Shown here in pieces: positions 7,446 to 15,705 of a DNA stretch of 27,595 bases (positions are counted from its first letter, which is position 1; each line of letters begins with the position of its first letter). The position numbers and the translations under genes are program-made. The notes under the pieces were generated by a model, which did no database searches, had not been told where the DNA came from, and worked only from the letters and a program-made list of their open reading frames with translations. Origin of the DNA: a virus (taxonomy: Duplodnaviria; Caudoviricetes); the IMG/VR virus record IMGVR_UViG_3300033412_000498, positions 1 through 27,595 of that record; one strand, given 5' to 3'.

Positions 7446-8045
7446 CTATGCCCCCGCGAACGATTCGCCCACGATGCGGGCGAGGATGTCAGCCGACCGA
7501 GGCGGCGCGCCCATCGAGTCGTACGCCTCGTCGCGGCGACGCTTGACGACGTCGAGGAGGGCCATGGCCGTCCACTGTGTGCGGAGATGTTCGGCGAGGG
7601 CACTACGCGTCACACCGTCCCTCCTGAGGAGAATCGTGAGGCCCTCGATGATGCGCCCGTCAACACCCGCCCGGTCCCAGCCCCACGCCGAGGTGACGGT
7701 CCACAGGGCCGCATCGAGGGCGACGCTGTCGAGCCGGTAGGCCCGTTCGAGGGCCTCGACGGCCATGATGCGGGCCCGGCCCCCGCTGCCACCGACCGAC
7801 CACCCGTGTGAGGCAACCATGTCGTTGATGGCCACGGCCACCGGCTCACCCTCGATGACCCGGGCCCGGAACCGGCCCAGTGTGGACAGTCGGGTAGCGA
7901 GGCCGACCCGGCGCAACTTCGTAGCCACCTCGGTCACCGCCTCGACGGGGGCCTCGTCCTCGATGAGGTCGGTGATGGCGTCGAGGAGTTGGTTGGTCAA
8001 CGCCCTCACCTGGTCGGAGAGCTTCACCGCCTCTTCTAACCGCAT
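7446..8045 (-). CDS. Hypothetical helical protein; C-terminal half resembles the helical region of phage ParB-like (DUF6551-type) proteins
   Basis: AVEALERAY...TVTSAWG...DGRIIEGL pattern (from recall); directly abuts both neighbours. Confidence 0.6.
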   Translation of the reverse strand: MRLEEAVKLSDQVRALTNQLLDAITDLIEDEAPVEAVTEVATKLRRVGLATRLSTLGRFRARVIEGEPVAVAINDMVASHGWSVGGSGGRARIMAVEALERAYRLDSVALDAALWTVTSAWGWDRAGVDGRIIEGLTILLRRDGVTRSALAEHLRTQWTAMALLDVVKRRRDEAYDSMGAPPRSADILARIVGESFAGA

Positions 8046-8046
8046 C

Positions 8047-8577
8047 TCAGTAACCCGCCTCGTCCTCAGTGGCCGGACCCGCCGGGTCGGTCAGTGACCG
8101 CCTCGTCGCGTCGGGGGTGTACTGGCGTGCCGTGGGCGTCGAGTCCGACCGCCTCGACGACTCGGCCATCTCCTGGTCCTTGTCCCGGAAGTTGCCGACC
8201 GTCTCGGCGAGGAGCTTGTCGAACAACGCCCGGTTGTCCTCGACCCACGCCGTCGCCTGCTTGCGGTCGTAATCACTGACGACGTCGAACGAGGCCCCCC
8301 GACCGGCGGCCATGATGCGGCACACGACCGCCTTGCCCTGTGGTTCGTCCCGGAACGTCTCGTGCTGCTTGCTCCACAGGAGGACGTCCTCGAACACCTC
8401 GCCCGCATCGCGTCCAGTGAGGACGATGACGGTGACCCGGGTCGCAGGCTTGACCCCGAAGTCCTGGGTCTTGATGGCCTCGTGCACGCCACCCTTGATG
8501 ACGATGACGACGTCACCGAGGTACTCAACCGCCTTGAACGAGCGGGGCGGAGCGGGGTTGCCGAACTCGTAACTCAT
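8047..8577 (-). CDS. Putative ssDNA-binding protein
   Basis: ATGA-coupled MSYEFGNP...; beta-rich N-terminal half, flexible tail ending in acidic-aromatic EDEAGY; lies between nuclease and primase. Confidence 0.6.
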   Translation of the reverse strand: MSYEFGNPAPPRSFKAVEYLGDVVIVIKGGVHEAIKTQDFGVKPATRVTVIVLTGRDAGEVFEDVLLWSKQHETFRDEPQGKAVVCRIMAAGRGASFDVVSDYDRKQATAWVEDNRALFDKLLAETVGNFRDKDQEMAESSRRSDSTPTARQYTPDATRRSLTDPAGPATEDEAGY

Positions 8578-9356
8578 CGTTGCACCTCCATGGATGACCC
8601 CGGGCACGTGTCTCGTGACGCGGGGACGTGGGGCCGGTAGTACGGGCACCACGGGCATAGGGGGCCGGGACTGGCGGCCACAGTGGACGGATGGTCGACC
8701 ATCCGGAGTGAGTCGAGGCGGGCGACGGCGGCGTCGGCCACGGCCCGGTCGTACCGGGCCCGCCACACCCAAAGGTCGGCGAGGGTGCCGTCAACCGGCA
8801 GGTAGGCGAGGGCGACCCAGGCCACCGACTCACCGGCCACGTCGAGGGCGGCCGCGTAGAGGTTCACCTGGGTGACGTACTCGACCCGGGGGCCGTCGTG
8901 ACGCACCCGCTTGAGCTTGCCGGCCGTGGTCGTCTTCCAGTCGACGACGGTGCCGGTCACCCGGTCGTACAGGTCGACCGTGCCGGGGACCCCCCGGTAA
9001 TTCACCCGACGCTCGACCTCGAACCGGCCCGAGCCACCGTCGAGGCGGCCGAACACCTCGGCGAGGGCGTGGTGGGTGCCGGTGCCGACGAGGGCCCGGC
9101 CCGGGTCGGTGAGGTTGACCGGGCGGGTGCCGGCGAGGCGGTGGGCGAGTTGACGGTCACAGGGCCGGCCCGCCTCACTCATGCCGACGGCCCCCTGTGT
9201 GGACCGTGGGGACGTCAACGCCCCGAGGTTGAGGTGAGACCTCAGGGCCGCCTCAAGGGCGTACGCCTCGGCGTCGTGGGCGGGCGTCGGTGGGCGGGGG
9301 TCGCCCAGGTCGACGGAGAGCGTCTCGATCGGCCGACGGGTGACGACCCGACTCAC
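8574..9356 (-). CDS. Cas4-like / RecB-type PD-(D/E)XK exonuclease
   Basis: SE...C.R, GTGTH, GTVDLYD..VVDWKT, QVNLY, CPWCPY...C (1+3 Cys Fe-S staple). Confidence 0.88.
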   Translation of the reverse strand: MSRVVTRRPIETLSVDLGDPRPPTPAHDAEAYALEAALRSHLNLGALTSPRSTQGAVGMSEAGRPCDRQLAHRLAGTRPVNLTDPGRALVGTGTHHALAEVFGRLDGGSGRFEVERRVNYRGVPGTVDLYDRVTGTVVDWKTTTAGKLKRVRHDGPRVEYVTQVNLYAAALDVAGESVAWVALAYLPVDGTLADLWVWRARYDRAVADAAVARLDSLRMVDHPSTVAASPGPLCPWCPYYRPHVPASRDTCPGSSMEVQR

Positions 9357-9667
9357 GACCGGCCCCGCCGGATGGCCCGCACCGAGTACACCGTCGAGAC
9401 CACGGCGTAGCGCCGGTAGGTGAGCGGTTCCTCGTCCCTCAGCCGGGAGACATCGAGCCGCTCGGGGTCGGTGCGGACGAGGCGGACGAACGGGGCCCCG
9501 TCAACGAGGCCGATGTCGGCGTCGTGGAGACGGAAGAACGAGAGGAGCTCATCGCGGGCCTTGACCCGCCGAGCCTCGGCCTCGTCCCGGGCCTCGGTGG
9601 CGGCGAGGTACTCCTGGGCGGCGTCGACGGCATACGAGTCGAGCTCGATGGGACGAGAGGTGTCCAC
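9353..9667 (-). CDS. Hypothetical protein, first gene of the replication operon
   Basis: GTG after GGAAGGA; coiled-coil then RLDVSRLRDEEPLTYRRY motif reminiscent of YqaJ-type recombinase C-termini. Confidence 0.75.
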   Translation of the reverse strand: MDTSRPIELDSYAVDAAQEYLAATEARDEAEARRVKARDELLSFFRLHDADIGLVDGAPFVRLVRTDPERLDVSRLRDEEPLTYRRYAVVSTVYSVRAIRRGRS

Positions 9668-10196
9668 GGCGTGAGTCCTTCCCCCGCGAGGACCCACACA
9701 GAGGAGAGGTTTACGCCCACGGGGCGAGGCCCGCAACTGGCCTCTACGACCACTACTGAGGCCCCAGGGACACCCGGTGACGGGTGAGGTGAGGGCACCG
9801 AACACGAGAGGCCGTCGCGTCCCCCAGGACCCCGAGACGTGGCAACGGTCGGAGGCTCGTCCACCGTGGACGCGACGGCCCCGTCATCGAGGGCGGTGAC
9901 CATCGACAAAGACTCATCGAGATTGTCGGCCGACCACCGGGGGCCCAGGGCAACGGTGGGTGACTCGTTTGCGGCGTGCCATGCCTCGGTTCCCCCGGCC
10001 CCCCGGTGGGGCCTCACCTCGGTCAACGAGGCCCCGACCCAGGTGGTCACGGGCCGCGTCGGGGCGACGGGCCGGTCGTTGGGCAGGGTGCCGGGGCCGT
10101 CAGTCAGACACCCCCGGCGGGGCCGCCGACGCGGCCCGGAGAGGGCGAGCGGGGAAGCGACACGCCCCGTGTCAGTGGTCCCCCCGCTCGCCCTCT
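9668..10196 (-). other. Apparently non-coding, highly structured leader or control region
   Basis: Stems 9671-9679/9689-9697 (covers the SD), 10008-10035, 10050-10062/10126-10138 (13 bp) and 10140-10154/10182-10196 (15 bp); 17/20 direct repeat at 9841-9860 and 9949-9968. Confidence 0.5.
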
Positions 10197-10286
10197 TGCC
10201 CTCGCTCGGACCCACTTACCACGTGAGTTGGTGCCTCCCCTTAGGGGGCCCACAAGGGGTGGGCAAGGGGGCAAGTGCGCAAGTGG
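10195..10286. repeat. Iteron-like putative origin, copy 2 (inverted relative to copy 1)
   Basis: Reverse complement of 10212-10286 aligns without gaps to 5604-5678 at 53/75 by hand count, including CCAACTC-NN-GTGGTAAGTGG. Confidence 0.7.
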
Positions 10287-10328
10287 GGGCCTAGGTCACA
10301 GGTCTGTAACGATGCCTTGCTCAGGGTC

Positions 10329-10358
10329 TTGACACGCTCATCGCCCATTAGCCAAAGT
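10329..10358 (+). promoter_or_regulatory. Candidate sigma-A promoter for the integrase operon
   Basis: TTGACA (10329-10334), 18-nt spacer, CAAAGT (10353-10358). Confidence 0.4.
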
Positions 10359-10400
10359 GCACATGCCCGTTCCGTTCACCCCACAAAAGCTAACGACCGA
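10341..10400. other. Candidate attP of the serine integrase
   Basis: Lower-GC imperfect inverted repeat just upstream of int: TCGCCCATTAGC-NNNN-GTG ... CAC-NNNN-GCTAACGACCGA; size fits serine-integrase attP sites. Confidence 0.4.
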
Positions 10401-10438
10401 GAGGACCATGAGATGAGCATCGTAAGCGAGGACGCCCG

Positions 10439-10579
10439 ATGACGACCACCTACCTCATCGCGGGCCTCTGTGCCACGGCGGTCCTCGGGGCCGTCGTGGC
10501 GGCCCTCGCCGCTCTCATGTTCGACCACCCCACCTCGACCACCCCGACCGACCCGACCGCCCAGGAGGACCCCTTATGA
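10439..10579 (+). CDS. 46-aa single-pass membrane peptide coupled to the integrase
   Basis: MTTTYLIAGLCATAVLGAVVAALAALMFDHPTS...; stop overlaps the integrase ATG (ATGA). Confidence 0.55.
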   Translation: MTTTYLIAGLCATAVLGAVVAALAALMFDHPTSTTPTDPTAQEDPL

Positions 10580-12150
10580 CCACCTCGACCGCCATCGACT
10601 ACACCGCCGACATCGCCGCCCTCGTCGCCGAGCTCCGGCTGAGGGACACCGACCCCGCCTACGCCGACGCCCCGGTGTTCGACGTCTACGCCCGCATCTC
10701 CCGCCTCGCCTCCTCCCACGACGAGGAGAAGACGCCCCGACAGGTGGCAGCGTGCCTCAAGAATCTCCTCGGCCGTCACGCCCGCCTCGGCGAGGTGCAG
10801 GTCGACAACAACCGCTCGGCGTGGAAACTCGTCGGCGGCAACCGGCCCGCGTTCGAGGCGATGCTCGTCCGCATCGAGTCGGGGGCGGTGCAGGGCGTCC
10901 TGTGCTGGCACGTCGACCGACTCGCCCGTCAACCGTGGGACCTCGAACGCCTCCTCCGTCTCGTCCTCCAGCGTCGCGAGCGGGAGGCGTTCCTGGTCGC
11001 CTCGTGCCACGGCGACCACCTCCTCTCGAACGTGTTCGAACTGAGGATGAAGATGATGTTCGCGGCCCAGGAGAGCGAGGCTAAGTCTCGTCGTATCCGT
11101 GACCTCAACGCCCGACGTCGTGAGGCGGGCGTCCTCGTCGGCGGGGCGTCAGCGTTCGGCCACCGCAACGAGGGTGAGCTCATCTCCGACACTCAGCTAG
11201 CGGCCGAGCGGGACGCGGTGGCGTGGGGTATCCGGGCCCTCATCGCGGGACGGTCCCTCGGGTACGTCGCCCGGGAGTTCAGCACCCGGGGCCTCCTCAC
11301 CCGGCGGGGGGTGGCGTTCAACGCCCTCAACGTCCGCTCGTGCCTCTACCTCGCCCGGCACGCGGGCCTCATCGAGCACGAGGACGAGGAGCTCCGGCCG
11401 ATGCGCAACGCCGACGAGGTGGCCATCGTGACCCGCGATGAGTTCCTCGGCCTACGCGCGATGTTCGCCGCCCGGGAGGGCACCAAGGGCCGTACCCCGG
11501 GCGACCGGGCCCACTTCCTCTCGAACCTCATCCGGTGCGACGGGTGTGGCCGGGGCATGAGCGGGTCGACCATCAACACGTGGCTCGACGCCGACGGTAA
11601 CGCCCGTCGGGTGTACCGGTGCCGGCCGCAGAACTGCCGGGGCGTGAGCGTCGACGCCGACGTGGCCGAGGAGTGGGCCCGGGTGGCCGTGGTGGGCATC
11701 CTCGCCTCCCCCGACCACGCCCGGACCATCGCCCGCAAGTCGCGTCGGGTGGCCGAACTGGAGGCCGACATCGAGCGGGCCGAGTCCCGGGTCGCCCGCC
11801 TCATGGGACTGGGCCGGGTCAACCCCGACCGGTTCGAGTTCTACGCCGAGCAGGCCGAGGTGTTCGAGGCCGACCGTCGCAAGGCGGTCGAGGAGCGTGA
11901 CGCCCTCGTCGCCGCCGGGGCGGGCCGCACCGCCCGGGCCCTCACCGAGGCCGACCTCGAACGCGAGTGGGCCGAGGCGACGCCGGCCGAGCGTCGGGCC
12001 CTCACCGCACAGGCCCTCCCGGAGGGGTTCCACGTGGCCCGTACGGGCCGGGCCGGGGCGAGGTGGGCCGACCCCACCCGACGGTTCGCCGTCCCCCGTG
12101 GCGTCGCCACCGCCCGCCTCGCCGAGGAGGCCCGCCCCGCCTGCCCGTAG
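10576..12150 (+). CDS. int: Large serine recombinase (phage integrase)
   Basis: YARIS catalytic motif, D...SAW..RPAFEAML, WHVDRLAR, recombinase domain, LSNLIRCDGCG...YRC..C Zn ribbon, coiled coil; AGGAGG SD. Confidence 0.95.
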   Translation: MTTSTAIDYTADIAALVAELRLRDTDPAYADAPVFDVYARISRLASSHDEEKTPRQVAACLKNLLGRHARLGEVQVDNNRSAWKLVGGNRPAFEAMLVRIESGAVQGVLCWHVDRLARQPWDLERLLRLVLQRREREAFLVASCHGDHLLSNVFELRMKMMFAAQESEAKSRRIRDLNARRREAGVLVGGASAFGHRNEGELISDTQLAAERDAVAWGIRALIAGRSLGYVAREFSTRGLLTRRGVAFNALNVRSCLYLARHAGLIEHEDEELRPMRNADEVAIVTRDEFLGLRAMFAAREGTKGRTPGDRAHFLSNLIRCDGCGRGMSGSTINTWLDADGNARRVYRCRPQNCRGVSVDADVAEEWARVAVVGILASPDHARTIARKSRRVAELEADIERAESRVARLMGLGRVNPDRFEFYAEQAEVFEADRRKAVEERDALVAAGAGRTARALTEADLEREWAEATPAERRALTAQALPEGFHVARTGRAGARWADPTRRFAVPRGVATARLAEEARPACP

Positions 12151-12164
12151 TCCCACCGACCGTT

Positions 12165-12209
12165 GACGACCGGGTCACCTCTCCCCCCTCGGGAGGTGGC
12201 CCGGTCGTC
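12165..12209 (+). terminator. Stem-loop downstream of the integrase
   Basis: GACGACCGGGTCACCTCTC pairs with GGGAGGTGGCCCGGTCGTC (19 bp, two G-U pairs). Confidence 0.7.
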
Positions 12210-12292
12210 CCGCGTGAGGGTAGCGGAAACGGCCCTGAGCGGCCCGTACGCGGCCGAGGATGGAGCGGGGTGGGTAGTGGACGGGGGAGACG

Positions 12293-12478
12293 ATGACGGC
12301 AGGGAAGACGGGCGACGAGAGGCGGCGACATGTCGACCTCGCCGACCACCTCGGGTGCGACCCCGGGGCGGTGCCCTTCACCGAGGCACAGGCGGCCGTG
12401 GTGGCCGAGGTCCTCGATGAGGTGCGGGCCCGACGGGCCCGACGTCGCACACCGTGTGCGACACCTGAGGCGGCCTAG
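12293..12478 (+). CDS. Small hypothetical protein, possible recombination directionality factor
   Basis: GGGGAG SD; 61 aa; co-oriented with and next to int; followed by a terminator. Function is inferred from position only. Confidence 0.5.
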   Translation: MTAGKTGDERRRHVDLADHLGCDPGAVPFTEAQAAVVAEVLDEVRARRARRRTPCATPEAA

Positions 12479-12501
12479 GCCCTAGCCTCGGACAGCAACG
12501 A

Positions 12502-12542
12502 ACGCCCCGACCGGGTGTCATCGAGGGCCCCGGTCGGGGCGT
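12502..12542. terminator. Bidirectional terminator between convergent operons
   Basis: Perfect 14-bp stem ACGCCCCGACCGGG / CCCGGTCGGGGCGT. Confidence 0.8.
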
Positions 12543-12556
12543 CGTCTTGCCCCGGC

Positions 12557-12931
12557 TCACTCGGCCGAGGACGTCTTGCCCCGCCTCGTCGAGGCCTCGG
12601 CCCCGGCGACCAGGGCGTCACCGGCCACCCACGCCGAGCCGGACCAGTGCGAGTGTTGTGTGTCGGCCGTGACCACGTATTGCCCGGTCGTCCACGCGGT
12701 GGCAGGCGAGGCCACCACCGAGGTGAGGGCGGCCCGGTTCGCCGGTACGACCGCCCCGGCGGGGGTGTAGCTACCGGGGGCACCGGCCGTCGCCCCGGTG
12801 GCGGCGATGGGTGCCGGGTCCCAACCTCCGTTAGCGTGGTCGGCCACCATTCGGGGCCGGGCCGCTTGTGCGGCCGCCGTACCCGCACCCACGTCGAGGT
12901 GGGTCGGGTCGGGTGAGAATGTGCTTGGCAT
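12557..12931 (-). CDS. Virion decoration-type protein
   Basis: AGGGAG SD; ATGATAGAPGSYTP...ASPATAWTTGQY...WSGSAWVAG; the same motif ends the major tail protein. Confidence 0.7.
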   Translation of the reverse strand: MPSTFSPDPTHLDVGAGTAAAQAARPRMVADHANGGWDPAPIAATGATAGAPGSYTPAGAVVPANRAALTSVVASPATAWTTGQYVVTADTQHSHWSGSAWVAGDALVAGAEASTRRGKTSSAE

Positions 12932-12967
12932 GGTTGTCTCCCTACTCAGTTGTCGTTGCACGCGCGT

Positions 12968-13585
12968 CTAGCCTGGCGCGGTTGCCGGGAGCATTTGCAC
13001 GGCCATCCAGTGAACAGTGACGCTCGTCGTACTAGACGTGGCGTCTATCTGGCGAACGTTGGCGGTGAATCCGGTCGTGCTGATAGAGGTCGGCGTAGCG
13101 ACATAGCTCGTGCTGGAAACGCTCGTGGTAACGACCATCGGTGGCTGTGTGAACCGTCCCCCGGTTAAGTTGACAGCGACTGAACCAGTAATGGACGCGG
13201 TCACCGCGACAACGGCGGTACCGACCTGCATAGCGAACGGCATCGGACGTACTGTGCCGTTGCCCGCAACCTCGACTGTTACCCGGCCGTCCTCCCAGAC
13301 GAGAAGTTCCGACATCGTGGCCCCGGCACTATACGTTGTCACGGCAGCGGCTTGACCCGCACAACGAAAAGCATCCTCTTTCGCCGTACCCGAAACAATT
13401 CGACGCACCTTAAACGCCCAACCGTTAGGCGTCGTCGGGTCACCGACCATCATGTGTCCATTAGGGACGGTAATGCCGTTCTTCCATAGCTCTAGTTTGT
13501 CGGCGAGTGCCTTGACGTCCCGGGGCACGTCGACAGTAGACGCCGCGTCGGGGTAGGGCAGACCGTAGAAACTCGTTGCTCCCAT
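12968..13585 (-). CDS. Minor tail / receptor-binding protein (lower GC)
   Basis: N-terminal T..YGLPYP...DVPRDVKALA typical of actinophage tail fibres; C-terminal beta-sandwich (H-lectin/gp53-like) RFTQPPMV...TGFT...WMAVQ. Confidence 0.8.
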   Translation of the reverse strand: MGATSFYGLPYPDAASTVDVPRDVKALADKLELWKNGITVPNGHMMVGDPTTPNGWAFKVRRIVSGTAKEDAFRCAGQAAAVTTYSAGATMSELLVWEDGRVTVEVAGNGTVRPMPFAMQVGTAVVAVTASITGSVAVNLTGGRFTQPPMVVTTSVSSTSYVATPTSISTTGFTANVRQIDATSSTTSVTVHWMAVQMLPATAPG

Positions 13586-13600
13586 TAGCTTTCCTTTCCT

Positions 13601-14650
13601 CTACCCGCCCGCTGTCGACGGTGTCATTTGCACGGCCGTCCACGTCAGGGACACGGCGGCCGCGAACGACCCGGTAGCCGTGGAACACACAAGGGTGCAC
13701 CCGGTCGGCGAGTTGGATTCGACCCGGGCCGCATAGACGCACCCGCCGTCTGTTGTGGACACCGACACGGTGACGACCGGTGCGACGCTGAACTTGCCGA
13801 CCGGATAGGTGACCGTCGCCGACACCGAAGCGGGTGTGTCGTACGTAGCCAACGTGGACGACGTCGGTAGGACCGCGACCCCGGCGGACATGGCGTAGGG
13901 CGGGCCGGGCGGGCCCTGGACACCTTGGGGGCCCTGCGCACCGGCCGTCCCCGGGTCACCCTTGAGACCTTGCGGCCCGGTCGTACCCGCCGGGCCCTGG
14001 GTACCGGTGTCGCCCTTGAGCCCCTGTGGACCTGTCGCCCCTTGTGGACCCTGCGCACCCGGGCTACCCGTCGCCCCCTGCACACCCGGGTCACCCTTGG
14101 GGCCTTGCGCCCCGGTCGTACCCGCCGGCCCCTGTGTGCCGGTCGCACCCGCCGGGCCTTGCGTGCCGATGTCGCCCTTGGGTCCCTGGGCACCGGTCGT
14201 GCCGGTGTCGCCCTTGAGGCCCTGGGCACCCTGCACACCGGGGTCACCCTTGGGGCCCTGCGCACCCGTGGCCCCGGCGGGCCCTTGCGGGCCGGTGTTG
14301 CCCGTAGGCCCCGGTGTCCCCTGTGGCCCTTGCGGACCCGTCGCCCCGGGCGGCCCCTGTGACCCGGTCGCCCCAGCGGGGCCCTGTGGACCCTCTGGGC
14401 CGGGAGGCCCGTCACCGCCTCCCGCCGACGTACCCACGAGGCCGATAGCTATCACACTGTCCCGGTCGAGGAGGACCGTAACCGTGGCACCGACGGTGGC
14501 GGTGAACCCACCCAGAGGCACCCCGTCCATCGGGCCGCCCGGGAGCATAACGTCGAGTGTGGACGCATGCACGGCGATGACGGTGCCTGTGCGCATGATG
14601 ACGGCCCGCTCGTTGCGGGCGTACGGGTAGACGTCCTCCGGTCGGGTCAC
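13601..14650 (-). CDS. Collagen-repeat tail fibre/spike
   Basis: N-terminal OB-like GTVIAV...IAIG, 57 uninterrupted G-X-Y triplets, C-terminal lectin-like domain KFSVAPVV...WTAVQ. Confidence 0.88.
   Translation of the reverse strand: MTRPEDVYPYARNERAVIMRTGTVIAVHASTLDVMLPGGPMDGVPLGGFTATVGATVTVLLDRDSVIAIGLVGTSAGGGDGPPGPEGPQGPAGATGSQGPPGATGPQGPQGTPGPTGNTGPQGPAGATGAQGPKGDPGVQGAQGLKGDTGTTGAQGPKGDIGTQGPAGATGTQGPAGTTGAQGPKGDPGVQGATGSPGAQGPQGATGPQGLKGDTGTQGPAGTTGPQGLKGDPGTAGAQGPQGVQGPPGPPYAMSAGVAVLPTSSTLATYDTPASVSATVTYPVGKFSVAPVVTVSVSTTDGGCVYAARVESNSPTGCTLVCSTATGSFAAAVSLTWTAVQMTPSTAGG
13898..14410 (-). repeat. Collagen G-X-Y coding repeat
   Basis: 57 consecutive triplets ([12 protein letters not shown] and similar). 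Confidence 0.95.
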
Positions 14651-15705
14651 AGGGCCACCGCCCGGAGGGTGACGGCCGTGGCGAGGGAGGGGAACTCGAA
14701 CTCAACGGCCCGCACCGAGTACGGGCGACCGTAGAACGTCACCACGTCGGTCCCCGCCTCCAACCACGGGGCCGGGAGGATGGGCATCGAGGTCCACGTG
14801 TCGAGCTCGGACAATCTCGACCTGAGGAGTTGCTTGGCGAGGGCGTTCGCCTGTGCCTGGGTCGTGGTGACGTCGCCCTCGACCCGGTCGGTGATGACGT
14901 AGGGCAGGTACCACGGCGGGAGAGGCTCGCTCATAACGTCGCCCCACACCGCGACGCCGACGAGGCCGATAGTGTCACTGCCCCGGGTGACGAGGACGCG
15001 GGCCTCGGTCGGCGTCCGCACGTGGTGAGCGGTGCCGCCCTCAGTGAGCCGACGTTCGACCACGGCCGAGGGTGAGGGCGGGTCGGCATTGCGGTCGACG
15101 GCCGTCACGTCGCCCTCGTCGATGAACCTCAGGGCGTACCCGAGGGCGTCGCCCGTCTTGAGGCACACGTCCCACGAGCCGGCCCCGAACTCGGCCACCG
15201 TGCCGGCCGGCACAGGCACCGCAGGGACCGTCGAGACGTCGGTAGTCCTCTGGGTGAGGGCGTTGGCACACGCGGCCGCCACGAGGCCCCTGAGGGTGCC
15301 CGTGAGGATCGTGTCGGCAACGTAGGGACGCCCGTTGAGGACCTCGCCCGGGTCCCTCGCAGTGACGATGGCCCCACCCTGCCCGCTGAGGTCCTCGCTC
15401 ACGTCGGTGACGATGAGGACGGGCATGCGGTAGATGATGGGTTGCACCGTCTGAATACCGACCGTGCCACGTATCCACATACCGGCCCTCAGCCACGTCG
15501 GGAGACGACCGATGTTGACGGTCATACTCCGGGGCACCGGTTGCGAGGCGTCGTCGGTGAGCGAGGCGGTGACGGTGTCGAGGCGGCCGATGGATGCGGC
15601 CGAGGCGTTGACCGGTTGCGTCTCGTACGCCTCGACCTTGAACGCCACGGCCACCGAGGACACCTTGTGTCCGGCAGCGGGGAGAGGGTTGACCGGGGTC
15701 CTCAT
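14647..15705 (-). CDS. Minor tail protein (baseplate hub / Tal-like)
   Basis: ATGA-coupled MRTPVNP...; second gene after the tape measure; T.AQA.ALA..LL...P.PWLEAG.DVV pattern. Confidence 0.8.
   Translation of the reverse strand: MRTPVNPLPAAGHKVSSVAVAFKVEAYETQPVNASAASIGRLDTVTASLTDDASQPVPRSMTVNIGRLPTWLRAGMWIRGTVGIQTVQPIIYRMPVLIVTDVSEDLSGQGGAIVTARDPGEVLNGRPYVADTILTGTLRGLVAAACANALTQRTTDVSTVPAVPVPAGTVAEFGAGSWDVCLKTGDALGYALRFIDEGDVTAVDRNADPPSPSAVVERRLTEGGTAHHVRTPTEARVLVTRGSDTIGLVGVAVWGDVMSEPLPPWYLPYVITDRVEGDVTTTQAQANALAKQLLRSRLSELDTWTSMPILPAPWLEAGTDVVTFYGRPYSVRAVEFEFPSLATAVTLRAVAL

Noticed and set aside
8574-9356. Cas4-like gene as evidence of CRISPR-Cas
   Set aside because: No cas1/cas2 and no repeat-spacer array; solo Cas4-like exonucleases are common in phage recombination modules.
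9439-10215. 258-aa ORF as the missing repressor
   Set aside because: No HTH; low-complexity P/G/R/S composition; overlaps the next gene out of frame by more than 200 nt.
13401-13413. Third CGACGCACC-N-TAA match to the cassette repeat arm
   Set aside because: Lies inside the tail gene (FKVRR codons) and lacks the TGCGGG spacer and second arm; probably chance, although it is also in lower-GC DNA.
12968-13897. Diversity-generating retroelement or shufflon acting on the tail tips
   Set aside because: No reverse transcriptase, no near-identical TR/VR pair with A-specific differences, and both genes are co-oriented with no inverted crossover sites seen.
13898-14410. Periodic repeats that might be a CRISPR array or DNA-level repeat system
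   Set aside because: Fully explained by collagen G-X-Y codons; no unique spacers.
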